Shown piece after piece: positions 32,429 through 40,308 of a stretch of 40,893 bases of DNA. Position numbers and translations under genes: made by a program. Every line of letters begins with the position of its first letter. Position 1 is the stretch's first letter. The stretch is from an uncultured Gammaproteobacteria bacterium (lineage in GTDB: Bacteria > Patescibacteriota > Patescibacteriia > 2-12-FULL-60-25): positions 1 through 40,893 of the forward strand of contig CAZENZ010000001.1 in NCBI GenBank assembly GCA_964513705.1. Reading direction: 5' to 3'. The notes under the pieces were generated by a model. That model was not told the DNA's origin and searched no databases. It worked only from the letters and a program-made list of their open reading frames with translations.

Positions 32429-33442
32429 ATGAAACCACCAAACGTTGAGCGGGTCTGTCCCGTAGAGCATGGAGTTCCTCGTAATCTGGCAGAGGGGGCA
32501 GATATCCGTACCAAGCGTGTTCAAGAGTTTCGCGAACAATTGTTAGAGACAGATGGGGCGTATGCGCTCGATCCGTCCCAAGACGCGGCTACGCTCTTGG
32601 ACTTGAGATATGCCACTGAGAGTATTTATTTGAATTACTTTTGGGAGTTTTTTATTGATCAGCACGCCTGTGAGAGAAAGATGTCTTCAACTCGTTTTTG
32701 GGAGTCCTTGTTTCAAGAGGTACAAACCGCCATTAAAAGCCGAGAAGAGCTTTTCGATCACGCGTTAAGAACTGCGAGGCGAGGAAGAGGCGACGCGCTG
32801 CCGAATACGCTCTTAGAAAACATAGATCGCATTTTGGATGAATTGGGGAGGATTCCGGCGACTGAATCTACGACCTATCCTGGATCGGCAGATATTAATA
32901 CCTTTGGGACCAAGCTTTTGCAGGCATTACACGAACGATATGAGAAGGAATACGCTTGCTCGATGACGGCTGAGATGTTCGCGCGTTTTAGAGCGAATCC
33001 ACTCATGGAAAAGACGCTCATATATTGGCAGTACAACTCACGGGAAGGGTCTGCGGCTATTAGAGAGGTTACAGATCTGACGGTGCACCGTAAGACGCCG
33101 GGTTCTATGGCGCGTATGAGCCTAGAGAGTTGTGTTATAGATCGTGAAACAGGCGCCTTTGGGTTTTCGCCGCACACAATTGAACGAGCGAGAGCTTTTA
33201 TTGCTCAGAAGAGGGCGTTGACGAAGGAGCGCCCAATGGCTCAGCGAAATTGTCCCGTAGTCTACTCGCAACACTTCCATGAAATGTGGTCTTGGTTAAC
33301 GGGACTCGTTGCGTATCAGTTGTATGGAGAGCCGTATCCAACGCGGGAACGAGTAGCGGTTTCACGCGTGCCGACTGCGTTCAAAACAAAAATGCAGGCA
33401 GAACTGGCTCAGGTTGTGTATCCACGTCTTCCAAAAGTGTAG
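32429..33442 (+). CDS. Hypothetical protein (337 aa), no recognisable domain
   Basis: A long ORF 29 nt downstream of the ABC exporter on the same strand, with no TM helix or signal peptide. Coding-like codon usage matches the flanking genes. Confidence 0.6.
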   Translation: MKPPNVERVCPVEHGVPRNLAEGADIRTKRVQEFREQLLETDGAYALDPSQDAATLLDLRYATESIYLNYFWEFFIDQHACERKMSSTRFWESLFQEVQTAIKSREELFDHALRTARRGRGDALPNTLLENIDRILDELGRIPATESTTYPGSADINTFGTKLLQALHERYEKEYACSMTAEMFARFRANPLMEKTLIYWQYNSREGSAAIREVTDLTVHRKTPGSMARMSLESCVIDRETGAFGFSPHTIERARAFIAQKRALTKERPMAQRNCPVVYSQHFHEMWSWLTGLVAYQLYGEPYPTRERVAVSRVPTAFKTKMQAELAQVVYPRLPKV

Positions 33443-33472
33443 ATCTGGAATTGCTCGAAAATAACACCCCGG

Positions 33473-33865
33473 TTAGTACTCATCCGCTTGGCGGTCCGCA
33501 TTGTCGGTCGCCATATTTATCGATCCATTTCCTTTGCCTTTGAATTCATTTTTCCAAAGGGGTGTTCCATCTAGCTGGAAGGCGTGTACGACTCCACCTG
33601 AAGTAACGTAGACCTGATCATGATCGATCAGGAGCGTGGGTGCTTGACCCAAGCCAGACAGCGGAACTTTTTTGATAACTGCCCCGGTTTTTGTATCTAC
33701 AACAAATAATTCTTGGCTTTCGCTGACGACATAGGCATGATTTTGGTGAATACAGAGCTGAGATCGTCCATTCCCAATCGTCGTTTCCCAAGCGGTTACA
33801 CCCGTTTTTGTGTCGAGTGCATAGAGCGTTCCACTGAGAGTGATGAAAAGAATAGAAGATGGCAT
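33473..33865 (-). CDS. Short PQQ-like beta-propeller repeat protein (130 aa; possibly a gene remnant)
   Basis: Repeats of the type TLYALDTKTGVTAWE / LFVVDTKTGAVIKKV / VVHAFQLDGTPLWKN. The start is set at ATG 33865, because the longer track ORF would overlap the divergent 33905 gene. Only about three blades are present and there is no signal peptide. Confidence 0.5.
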   Translation of the reverse strand: MPSSILFITLSGTLYALDTKTGVTAWETTIGNGRSQLCIHQNHAYVVSESQELFVVDTKTGAVIKKVPLSGLGQAPTLLIDHDQVYVTSGGVVHAFQLDGTPLWKNEFKGKGNGSINMATDNADRQADEY

Positions 33866-33904
33866 AGAATGAACAAACTTTACTGCATGATATACTAGGA
33901 GTCC

Positions 33905-35770
33905 ATGAAGCTCTTTGCGCCATGTTTGGCGGGATTTTTTGCGGCGTTCGTTTTCGTGCCTACGATTGTTCATGCCCGATCATTTACCGATGTCACGAAT
34001 TCAACCTACGAAAAAACCTACATCCAAGCCGTGCTAGAAAATGGCTGGATGAAGTCGCTTAGTGAAACGACCTTTGGATACGGCGTCGCAATCACGCCAG
34101 ATGAATGGCTCTACATGTTGATGTTTTTACGCACGAGCGATGCCTGCCCTGAGCTTGGCTTGGTGGCGAATCAGTATTGGACGTCCGAGAATATTCGCGC
34201 CTGTTTGTCGGGGGCTGGTGTGCCTGTTATGACGGCGCGTCCAGATCAGGTGCGTCGTGATGAGGCAATGCAGCAACTCTTTGCGTTGCGTCGTCGGTCG
34301 TTTGCGTTCCAAGGTTTGCAAACAAAACCCGCTGGTTATATTGATCCAGCTGACCTTGGAGACGTTTCGGAGAAGCGTTTGGGCGCTATGATTGCCGGAG
34401 ATCGGTTAAAACTCATCTTCCGTACAAAGAATAAACTCACGCCTTCCTTACCGCTCTTGCGTGAAGATGCAACACTCGCTGTGTCGCGTTTTCTAGCTTG
34501 GGAAAAACAAGGTGGTACAGACAAAGAAACCAATGATCAGGTGCAAATCAGTAAAGAAGCCAAGCTCAATCATTGGCGTGATCTCGACACGGATATCTAT
34601 GTGCTTCAGGTAAAGACGGGTGGAGACACGGTTATTCATCCAATCGTGCCACGGCGTTCGTTTAACCCAGCGAAGGATCCTGCGAAAGAAAAGTTGCGCG
34701 ACGAATTTGTGTACCTGCCCGTGTCCGATCTTGCGAAGGAATCAGGCGCACTCGCCGCCATCAATGGCTCCTATTTTAATGTTGAATGGCCCTGGGGTGC
34801 CTTCGAAGATGTGGTGATCATGAAAGGAAAGACTCTTTTAGAGCGAACCGATCGCAGTACGTTTATTGTGTGTAAAGATGGGAAGTTATTCATCGGGAAA
34901 TATCAAAAGAAAAATCTAGACGCCATAAAGTGTCTTCCAGAACATGCGTTGGGCGCGGGGCCACTCTTCCTTGCGAATGGAGAGGTGCTGACAGAGAGCC
35001 AGAAGGAGGGGTTTGATGAGTACACGCAATGGGAGCGGCGTGTCGGAAAGAACGCGCGCACGGCGGTTGCCATCTCTGCAGATCGTAAAACGGCGTATCT
35101 TATTGTTGTCGCAGGGAAGTCCTATCCTGCGTTTGGACGCGGTGGTTCTTCGTTGGGTGCCTTTTTAAAAGATAAGTATCCGGATATTGCGTGGGCTATG
35201 ATGTATGACGGCGGAACGTCCTCGGCGCTTTATGCGAAGGGGGAGTTGCTCGTTGGATCAGGTGTGAGCGGAGAGGATACAGAGCGTGCTGTTGTTTCGG
35301 CACTGGGGATCTTCTCAAAGAAAGCAGAAGATCAAGCGTTGAAGCAGTTTAAAAAGGATCAAGTGAAGCATTGGGATAATGAGACCACTAGTATTAAGGT
35401 GGAGAAGCCTAAACTCGCTTTTGAATGGACTGATGAGAAGCTTCTGAAAATTGTAAACGACAAAATGTCAGGTCTAAAGATCACGCGCCGCGAAAAAAGG
35501 CATGAGCGAGGCTGGAACATCCCACTCGAATTGCATGTGATTGATGCAAAGCGAGAGACGGACGTAGACATTATTACATTATTATCGTTCGTGCCTGACG
35601 CTCAAAAACCAGATCTCAAAACGTTTGATGTGCTTACGACGCGACCGACCGGTGTCGTGTTTGGTGATGCGACGGGAAGGGCATGGTTTTACTACGCGAA
35701 AGATCAACAATTGTCTCCAGCAAAATTCAAAGCGCCTCCGAAGGCTGCCGTAAAGAAAGCCAAGAAGTAG
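33905..35770 (+). CDS. Secreted phosphodiester glycosidase-family protein (NAGPA/DUF2233) with an SLH-like N-terminal segment
   Basis: Signal peptide: MKLFAPCLAGFFAAFVFVPTIVHA|RS. An SLH-like segment, FTDVTNSTYEKTYIQAVLENGWMK, follows. NAGPA motifs: AAINGSYFN, GAGPLFLANGEV, RTAVAISADRKTAYLIVVAG and MMYDGGTSSALY. The C-terminus is Lys-rich. Confidence 0.75.
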   Translation: MKLFAPCLAGFFAAFVFVPTIVHARSFTDVTNSTYEKTYIQAVLENGWMKSLSETTFGYGVAITPDEWLYMLMFLRTSDACPELGLVANQYWTSENIRACLSGAGVPVMTARPDQVRRDEAMQQLFALRRRSFAFQGLQTKPAGYIDPADLGDVSEKRLGAMIAGDRLKLIFRTKNKLTPSLPLLREDATLAVSRFLAWEKQGGTDKETNDQVQISKEAKLNHWRDLDTDIYVLQVKTGGDTVIHPIVPRRSFNPAKDPAKEKLRDEFVYLPVSDLAKESGALAAINGSYFNVEWPWGAFEDVVIMKGKTLLERTDRSTFIVCKDGKLFIGKYQKKNLDAIKCLPEHALGAGPLFLANGEVLTESQKEGFDEYTQWERRVGKNARTAVAISADRKTAYLIVVAGKSYPAFGRGGSSLGAFLKDKYPDIAWAMMYDGGTSSALYAKGELLVGSGVSGEDTERAVVSALGIFSKKAEDQALKQFKKDQVKHWDNETTSIKVEKPKLAFEWTDEKLLKIVNDKMSGLKITRREKRHERGWNIPLELHVIDAKRETDVDIITLLSFVPDAQKPDLKTFDVLTTRPTGVVFGDATGRAWFYYAKDQQLSPAKFKAPPKAAVKKAKK

Positions 35771-35856
35771 CAAAGATGGCCTAGAAGTATTGCTGGTTCA
35801 TGGTGGCTGTAGCCATTTTTGACGAGTCTTCCACTGGGGATTATCGTCTCAATACT

Positions 35857-36471
35857 ATGGAATCAGGGCCATTAAAAAAGATCGCACACTTCTTATTCGA
35901 GTCCGGAGCCTTGGCTAAAGTGCCGCGCAGCTATCATCCGTTCCTGGGATACGATGCGCAAAGTGTCGCTGAACATACGAATCGTGTTGCCTATATTGCG
36001 TACGCGCTTGGTTATATGGCGGGGGACGTGAACGTCGAGCATATGGTTCTCATGGCATTGTTCCATGATTTTGCAGAAGCACGTACCAGTGATTTGAACT
36101 ACATCCAACAGCAATACGTAGAATCAGATGAAGTTAAAGCGATTGATGAAATGACGAGTGGACTTCCGTTTGGTCAGGATATTTTGAAACGACTTACGGA
36201 GTATAAGACGCGGCGAACGCGTGAATCACAACTCGTGAAAGATGCTGATCAGTTGGAATTTATTCTCTCATTGAAAGAGCAGATGGATTTGGGAAATCCG
36301 CGCGCGCCTAAATGGTTGCCGTCAGCCATAAAGCGTCTGAAGACGTCGGAGGGGCAGCAATTGGCTGAGATGATTCTCGAAACGGGCGCAGATGAGTGGT
36401 GGTTTCTCGCGAAAGACGAGAGTTGGTGGGTGAACCGCACGGGTGCGCCTGGTCATGACAAACGGTTTTAG
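35857..36471 (+). CDS. HD-domain phosphohydrolase (YfbR-like 5'-deoxynucleotidase type)
   Basis: Motifs: SVAEHTNRVAYIA (H...), LFHDFAEARTSDL (the HD dyad) and KDADQLE. The start is placed at ATG 35857 (MESGPLKKIAHFLFESG); the track starts at 35800. Confidence 0.8.
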   Translation: MESGPLKKIAHFLFESGALAKVPRSYHPFLGYDAQSVAEHTNRVAYIAYALGYMAGDVNVEHMVLMALFHDFAEARTSDLNYIQQQYVESDEVKAIDEMTSGLPFGQDILKRLTEYKTRRTRESQLVKDADQLEFILSLKEQMDLGNPRAPKWLPSAIKRLKTSEGQQLAEMILETGADEWWFLAKDESWWVNRTGAPGHDKRF

Positions 36472-37223
36472 TGAAATGTTAGTAAAAGTGCGGCGTGGTC
36501 GGAGACTTCGTCGGGCAACACTTGAAAATTCTGGACGTCAACTCCGTCGCTGACGAACGCGTAGTCGGCGTGGCGTTCTGGCTTAGTATAGATACTCGTT
36601 CGTGTGGATGGAATCGCAAATTCTCGAATCAAATTTCGAAAACCGCCACGTTCCAGGATATGAATGCTTTCTGTATCAAGTGATAGATTAAGATCGCCGC
36701 AGAGGATCGCTGGATGCGGGGCTGTTCTTGTCGCTTCGATGATTTTTTCTGACTGAAGCAAGCGTTCGGGTGTATCTTTCTTGCCTCCAGGTTGCCAGGC
36801 CCCATGCGTGTGCATCACGATAAGCGGTCCATGCCCTGTCTGAATGGTGAGCATTTGTAGGAAGCGACTATGGTCCGCGATGTCATCTGGGGAGATATAT
36901 CCAGGTTCCCGATAAATGGGATAACGTTGTTCGCTTATCACGGGGAGATCTTTTCGTGCGAAGATTGCCATTCCAAAGAAATCAAGATATTGCGGAAGAA
37001 AATGCGGAACATGTTGGGGCAATACGCTTCCAATCTTACGCAGGAGTTGAAAGTCTACTTGCGACATTCGTTGTCCGGCGGCGATAGCTTCTATAGTATG
37101 CTCTCCGCCGTTCCAAATTTCTTGTAAGCAAAAAATATCGATTTCTTGGTATTTTTCAAAAAATCTAAGAAGTGGTTCAAGTCCCGCCCGCGCGCCCCAG
37201 GTATTCAGACACAGTAATTTCAT
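36468..37223 (-). CDS. Endonuclease/exonuclease/phosphatase (EEP) family protein
   Basis: Motifs: MKLLCLNTW, IFCLQE, GDLNLS and a C-terminal SDHAALL (PF03372 pattern). Confidence 0.8.
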   Translation of the reverse strand: MKLLCLNTWGARAGLEPLLRFFEKYQEIDIFCLQEIWNGGEHTIEAIAAGQRMSQVDFQLLRKIGSVLPQHVPHFLPQYLDFFGMAIFARKDLPVISEQRYPIYREPGYISPDDIADHSRFLQMLTIQTGHGPLIVMHTHGAWQPGGKKDTPERLLQSEKIIEATRTAPHPAILCGDLNLSLDTESIHILERGGFRNLIREFAIPSTRTSIYTKPERHADYAFVSDGVDVQNFQVLPDEVSDHAALLLTFH

Positions 37224-37368
37224 ATCTCCAGAGTAGCATCAGCTCTATGCTAGAGCCATGAAACGTTTCTTAATAGGATGGATTAATTAATACATCACTA
37301 ACGATACAAACGAACGTAGGGGAGCCCGCGAGCGACGCGAGTTCCCCTTCGTTGAGTACGGAATGGCT

Positions 37369-37941
37369 CTACAGCGGGATCTTTCCCCGCAGGATGACGC
37401 GTTCGTCCGTACGCAGTTCCTCGACACCATTCACGAGCTTCACGGACTCCACGTGTTGAATGGCGGCGAGCGTGAACTCGAGGCGAGCGTAGATTGCACG
37501 GATGATCGGCTGGTTCACTGAAGTCCGTACCACTCCTTTGGAGTAGCCCAGGAAGCGGGCGACCTTGAAACGCTCACGCATCAGCTGTTCAGCGATGCCT
37601 TGCTTGCGCCTGGATTGATCGACGAAGAGCTCGCTCAAATAGAAATGGGGTGCACTCTGCGGTCCGAGCAGTTCCGCGACATCAGTCTGACGCTTCAGGT
37701 CGAACCCGACCGTTCCACCGACGATTTTACCCGATTGCTCCGCGATCAGGATGACCGTCTCTGGCCAGGTTGTGAGTCGTTGAAACTCCGTTGCGAGCTC
37801 TGCGGGATCGAAGACCTCGAACCAGGGTGCTTCGCCGAAGCAGGCCTGGTACAGTGCGACGATGCCAGTCAGATCTGAAGTGAGAGAAAAAGGGCGAACG
37901 ATGATGTGGTCGTTGACGGTGTGCTCCATGAGATCCTCCAT
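37369..37941 (-). CDS. GNAT-family N-acetyltransferase in GC-rich islet 3
   Basis: The acetyl-CoA motif A context is LFVDQSRRKQGIAEQLM (Q/R-x-x-G-x-A). The 190-aa length is typical of GNAT proteins. Confidence 0.75.
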   Translation of the reverse strand: MEDLMEHTVNDHIIVRPFSLTSDLTGIVALYQACFGEAPWFEVFDPAELATEFQRLTTWPETVILIAEQSGKIVGGTVGFDLKRQTDVAELLGPQSAPHFYLSELFVDQSRRKQGIAEQLMRERFKVARFLGYSKGVVRTSVNQPIIRAIYARLEFTLAAIQHVESVKLVNGVEELRTDERVILRGKIPL

Positions 37942-37962
37942 CGGGTAGGCGTTGTTAACCTC

Positions 37963-37999
37963 CCGTCTCTCAATCCCTCGAAGAGAGATTGAGAGACGG
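37963..37999 (-). terminator. Strong hairpin between the AstE/AspA-like stop and the GNAT start (no U-tract)
   Basis: The 13-bp perfect stem ccgtctctcaatc (37963-37975) / gattgagagacgg (37987-37999) has an inner ctc/gag extension around a GAA loop. It begins 4 nt after the stop at 38003-38005. Confidence 0.35.
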
Positions 38000-38002
38000 T
38001 GG

Positions 38003-38713
38003 TCACATGCGCCGCATTTTGTAACAGGTGATGCCGTTCCTTTCCTGATAGCGTCCGACCAGAAGTGGGGAGAACGTTTCTCCTTCGATCGTGATTTCTG
38101 TGAACTCTTGTAAGTCTTGGGTCAGTTCTTGATTCTTGAGTGAGCCATAGACTTCGTAGAAAGTTGTTTGTGCTCGACGTGCTTTAAGATCGATCGTGGC
38201 GTTTGAGCGTAAATTTGTAACGAATGTTTCAAGTAGGTACGCAAGTTTTTCACGAACAAGCGGCATGTTTTGTGGGCCGCATTCAATCTCAACGCCGCAT
38301 GGGACGAATTCACTGATCGGTCCTGCTAGTTCGGGCGAGAAGCTCGGCCAGATGACGACACGAGGAATTCCTGTTCGCAATGCGAGATGAATGTTGTCGG
38401 GTGTGGGTTTTGTGACGATCACAAAGATACCAGTATAGGCATCTGTTCCGTGTAGATCGATCGTGTAGCGATAACCTTGCGAGAGCTCGATGAGCTCCGC
38501 GGCGCGTCGCTTCGCATAAGTCGTGGCATTCGTGTCACCTGGTGCACTGCGATTTAAGTCCCCTTCGAAGATACGAGTTCCTTGTTCAAAGGCGGGTGGG
38601 TTTCCAATGATCCAGTCAAAGCCCGTTATGCGTTTTTCAAGTGTTTGTAAGACCTCTACGCCGATTCGTTCATTGCCGTGTGTTCCGCCAATTAAGAGAA
38701 GATCGTTTTTCAT
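38003..38713 (-). CDS. Succinylglutamate desuccinylase / aspartoacylase (AstE/AspA, M14-like) family protein
   Basis: LLLIGGTHGNERIGVEV carries the zinc ligands H and E. TIDLHG carries the second His. The start is placed at ATG 38713 (MKNDLLLIGG). Confidence 0.7.
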   Translation of the reverse strand: MKNDLLLIGGTHGNERIGVEVLQTLEKRITGFDWIIGNPPAFEQGTRIFEGDLNRSAPGDTNATTYAKRRAAELIELSQGYRYTIDLHGTDAYTGIFVIVTKPTPDNIHLALRTGIPRVVIWPSFSPELAGPISEFVPCGVEIECGPQNMPLVREKLAYLLETFVTNLRSNATIDLKARRAQTTFYEVYGSLKNQELTQDLQEFTEITIEGETFSPLLVGRYQERNGITCYKMRRM

Positions 38714-38721
38714 AGATATGA

Positions 38722-38763
38722 AGTAAATAATAAAAGACACGCCCTTTCGGAGAAGGGCGTGTC
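38722..38763 (-). terminator. Intrinsic terminator after the YerC/TrpR-like gene
   Basis: On the minus strand, gacacgccct / agggcgtgtc forms a 10-bp stem (38736-38763). It is followed directly by ttttattattt. Confidence 0.6.
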
Positions 38764-38783
38764 CTGAATAAACGTTTCAAACC

Positions 38784-39110
38784 TTAGGCAAGCCGCTTCT
38801 CGCGAGAAGAGGTGGAATGATGCATAGCCGATACTGTGCCTCGATCTAACACGAGTCGATACCCACCCATCCCACTGCGCAACCAACGCGAAATACGCGC
38901 CACAGTGGTGGAGCTGAGCCCGGTTTGTTTTTGGATTTTGGTGTAAGGGATGTCTTGATCGAGCATCTGTGCCACCTGCCACCGTTTGGCGAATTCCTCG
39001 ATTTCTTCTTCCGTTAGAAGATCGCGAAAAAAGCGCTTGGCTTCCTCCAAGGTTTTGAGGCACAAGATAGCTTGGTACAGACTCTCTGAGAGTGGATTTG
39101 TTGACTTCAT
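38784..39110 (-). CDS. yerC: TrpR-like YerC/YecD-family DNA-binding protein
   Basis: LYQAILCLKTLEEAKRFFRDLLTEEEIEEFAKRWQVAQML...GLSSTTVARISRWL is the characteristic YerC/YecD sequence (Trp repressor fold). The protein is 108 aa. Confidence 0.85.
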   Translation of the reverse strand: MKSTNPLSESLYQAILCLKTLEEAKRFFRDLLTEEEIEEFAKRWQVAQMLDQDIPYTKIQKQTGLSSTTVARISRWLRSGMGGYRLVLDRGTVSAMHHSTSSREKRLA

Positions 39111-39141
39111 GTTACCACTTTATCTTACTAAAGTAATAGCG

Positions 39142-39624
39142 TCAAGAATATTTCTCCCGTAACCATTCAGATACATATGTTCCGTACCTTTCTCGCGTCC
39201 TTTGGGGGACATGCTCGTATGCTCCGATGATGCCTCGACAGATTGCGGTTCCGCATTTGCACGCAAGTCGCCAGTCGCTGTCTTCGGTCATGTCGTAGTC
39301 CCAAGTTAGTTCTTCGCCACGCTTGATAGGTTTCATGGTAACCAGGGTGGATGTGCCTCGGATGCCACAATTCGGATCGCAGGAGTGGTTAATGTAGCGG
39401 GCGAATCCGCGACTCTCTTTCCATGTATGCTCACCGATTTGAATTGCATGATCTGCAATGTCTTTTGGGAGATCTGTGCATTTTTGTGCCTGAAAAATCT
39501 CACCATCAAATTCAGCGATCACGGTGTCTTGGGCGATGTCTTCAATAGCGTATAAGGCTTTACCAAAGCCTTCACGCTCACCAATCCGAATATTTGGGTT
39601 ATCCATATGGGTAGTGTAATCCAT
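39142..39624 (-). CDS. SET-domain protein-lysine methyltransferase with a post-SET Cys cluster
   Basis: FARYINHSCDPNC (the NHSC motif), ELTWDY and CKCGTAIC (CxCx4C post-SET). The start is uncertain: GTG 39642, ATG 39624 or ATG 39606. Confidence 0.8.
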   Translation of the reverse strand: MDYTTHMDNPNIRIGEREGFGKALYAIEDIAQDTVIAEFDGEIFQAQKCTDLPKDIADHAIQIGEHTWKESRGFARYINHSCDPNCGIRGTSTLVTMKPIKRGEELTWDYDMTEDSDWRLACKCGTAICRGIIGAYEHVPQRTRERYGTYVSEWLREKYS

Positions 39625-39718
39625 TAAAAACACGACGCCCACCTTTGGCAGGTGACGCCGCGGGTGGGGATTGCGTGTGGCAGGACTGCCCGGAGGTGGG
39701 TTGTCGCGGCGCGCTGGC

Positions 39719-40150
39719 TCAGTCGTCGCCGCGCTCGAGCTGCTTCAAGTCGTACTTGCGCTTGAAGTAGTAGAGCGAGTAGCAGCCGAGCATCGCCCAC
39801 CAGGCCCAGCCGAAGCCGAACCGGTAGAGGGCGAGGAACACGGCGACCACGACCATGATCCACTCCTTCTTGAGCGCGGACCAGATGGCCTGGCCGTAGG
39901 ACTCGGCGCCCCACATGCGGAGACTCTGCTTCGCCTCGTAGATGAACTTCACCATCACGAGGAGCCCGAAAGCTGCGGGCGCGGTGAACCACGGGAGGTG
40001 CACCGCGAGGAGCGCCTTGAGGGCGATCTCCCCGAGGAAGATGCCCCAGGCTGCTTGGTGGAAGCGCTTCTGCGTCCGCGCGTAGTTTGCGAAGGGCATG
40101 AGGCGCTGCATCTGCTTGCTGGTCAATTTGCCAAGGTCGATTGGCGGCAT
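39719..40150 (-). CDS. Hypothetical small membrane protein (143 aa) in GC-rich islet 4
   Basis: The start is placed at ATG 40150 (MPPIDLGKLTSKQ...). Three hydrophobic helices are present: AAWGIFLGEIALKALLAVHL, APAAFGLLVMVKFIY and WIMVVVAVFLALYRFGFGWAWWAMLGCY. Third codon positions are G/C-rich. The longer overlapping ORFs on both strands are GC artefacts. Confidence 0.55.
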   Translation of the reverse strand: MPPIDLGKLTSKQMQRLMPFANYARTQKRFHQAAWGIFLGEIALKALLAVHLPWFTAPAAFGLLVMVKFIYEAKQSLRMWGAESYGQAIWSALKKEWIMVVVAVFLALYRFGFGWAWWAMLGCYSLYYFKRKYDLKQLERGDD

Positions 40151-40271
40151 GGAACTCGTCACTCTCTCGCCCGAAGGCGTACAAAGGGGTGTTCGGAGCA
40201 GCGGTATTGCCGACTCCCGACCGGTCTGAATAGTGTTTTTCAGGTCCATCAGGAAGCGGTAACGAAAGATC

Positions 40272-40299
40272 ATCATACAATAAAATAGCGAAAAGTCAA
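40272..40299 (-). promoter_or_regulatory. Near-consensus sigma70-like promoter pointing at the islet-4 membrane-protein gene
   Basis: On the minus strand: TTGACT (40299-40294), a 16-nt spacer, then TATGAT (40277-40272). Confidence 0.4.
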
Positions 40300-40308
40300 T
40301 ATATTGAC
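40295..40308. promoter_or_regulatory. Perfect 14-nt palindrome overlapping the -35 element (possible operator)
   Basis: GTCAATATATTGAC is its own reverse complement. It overlaps the TTGACT -35 hexamer of the candidate promoter. Confidence 0.3.
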
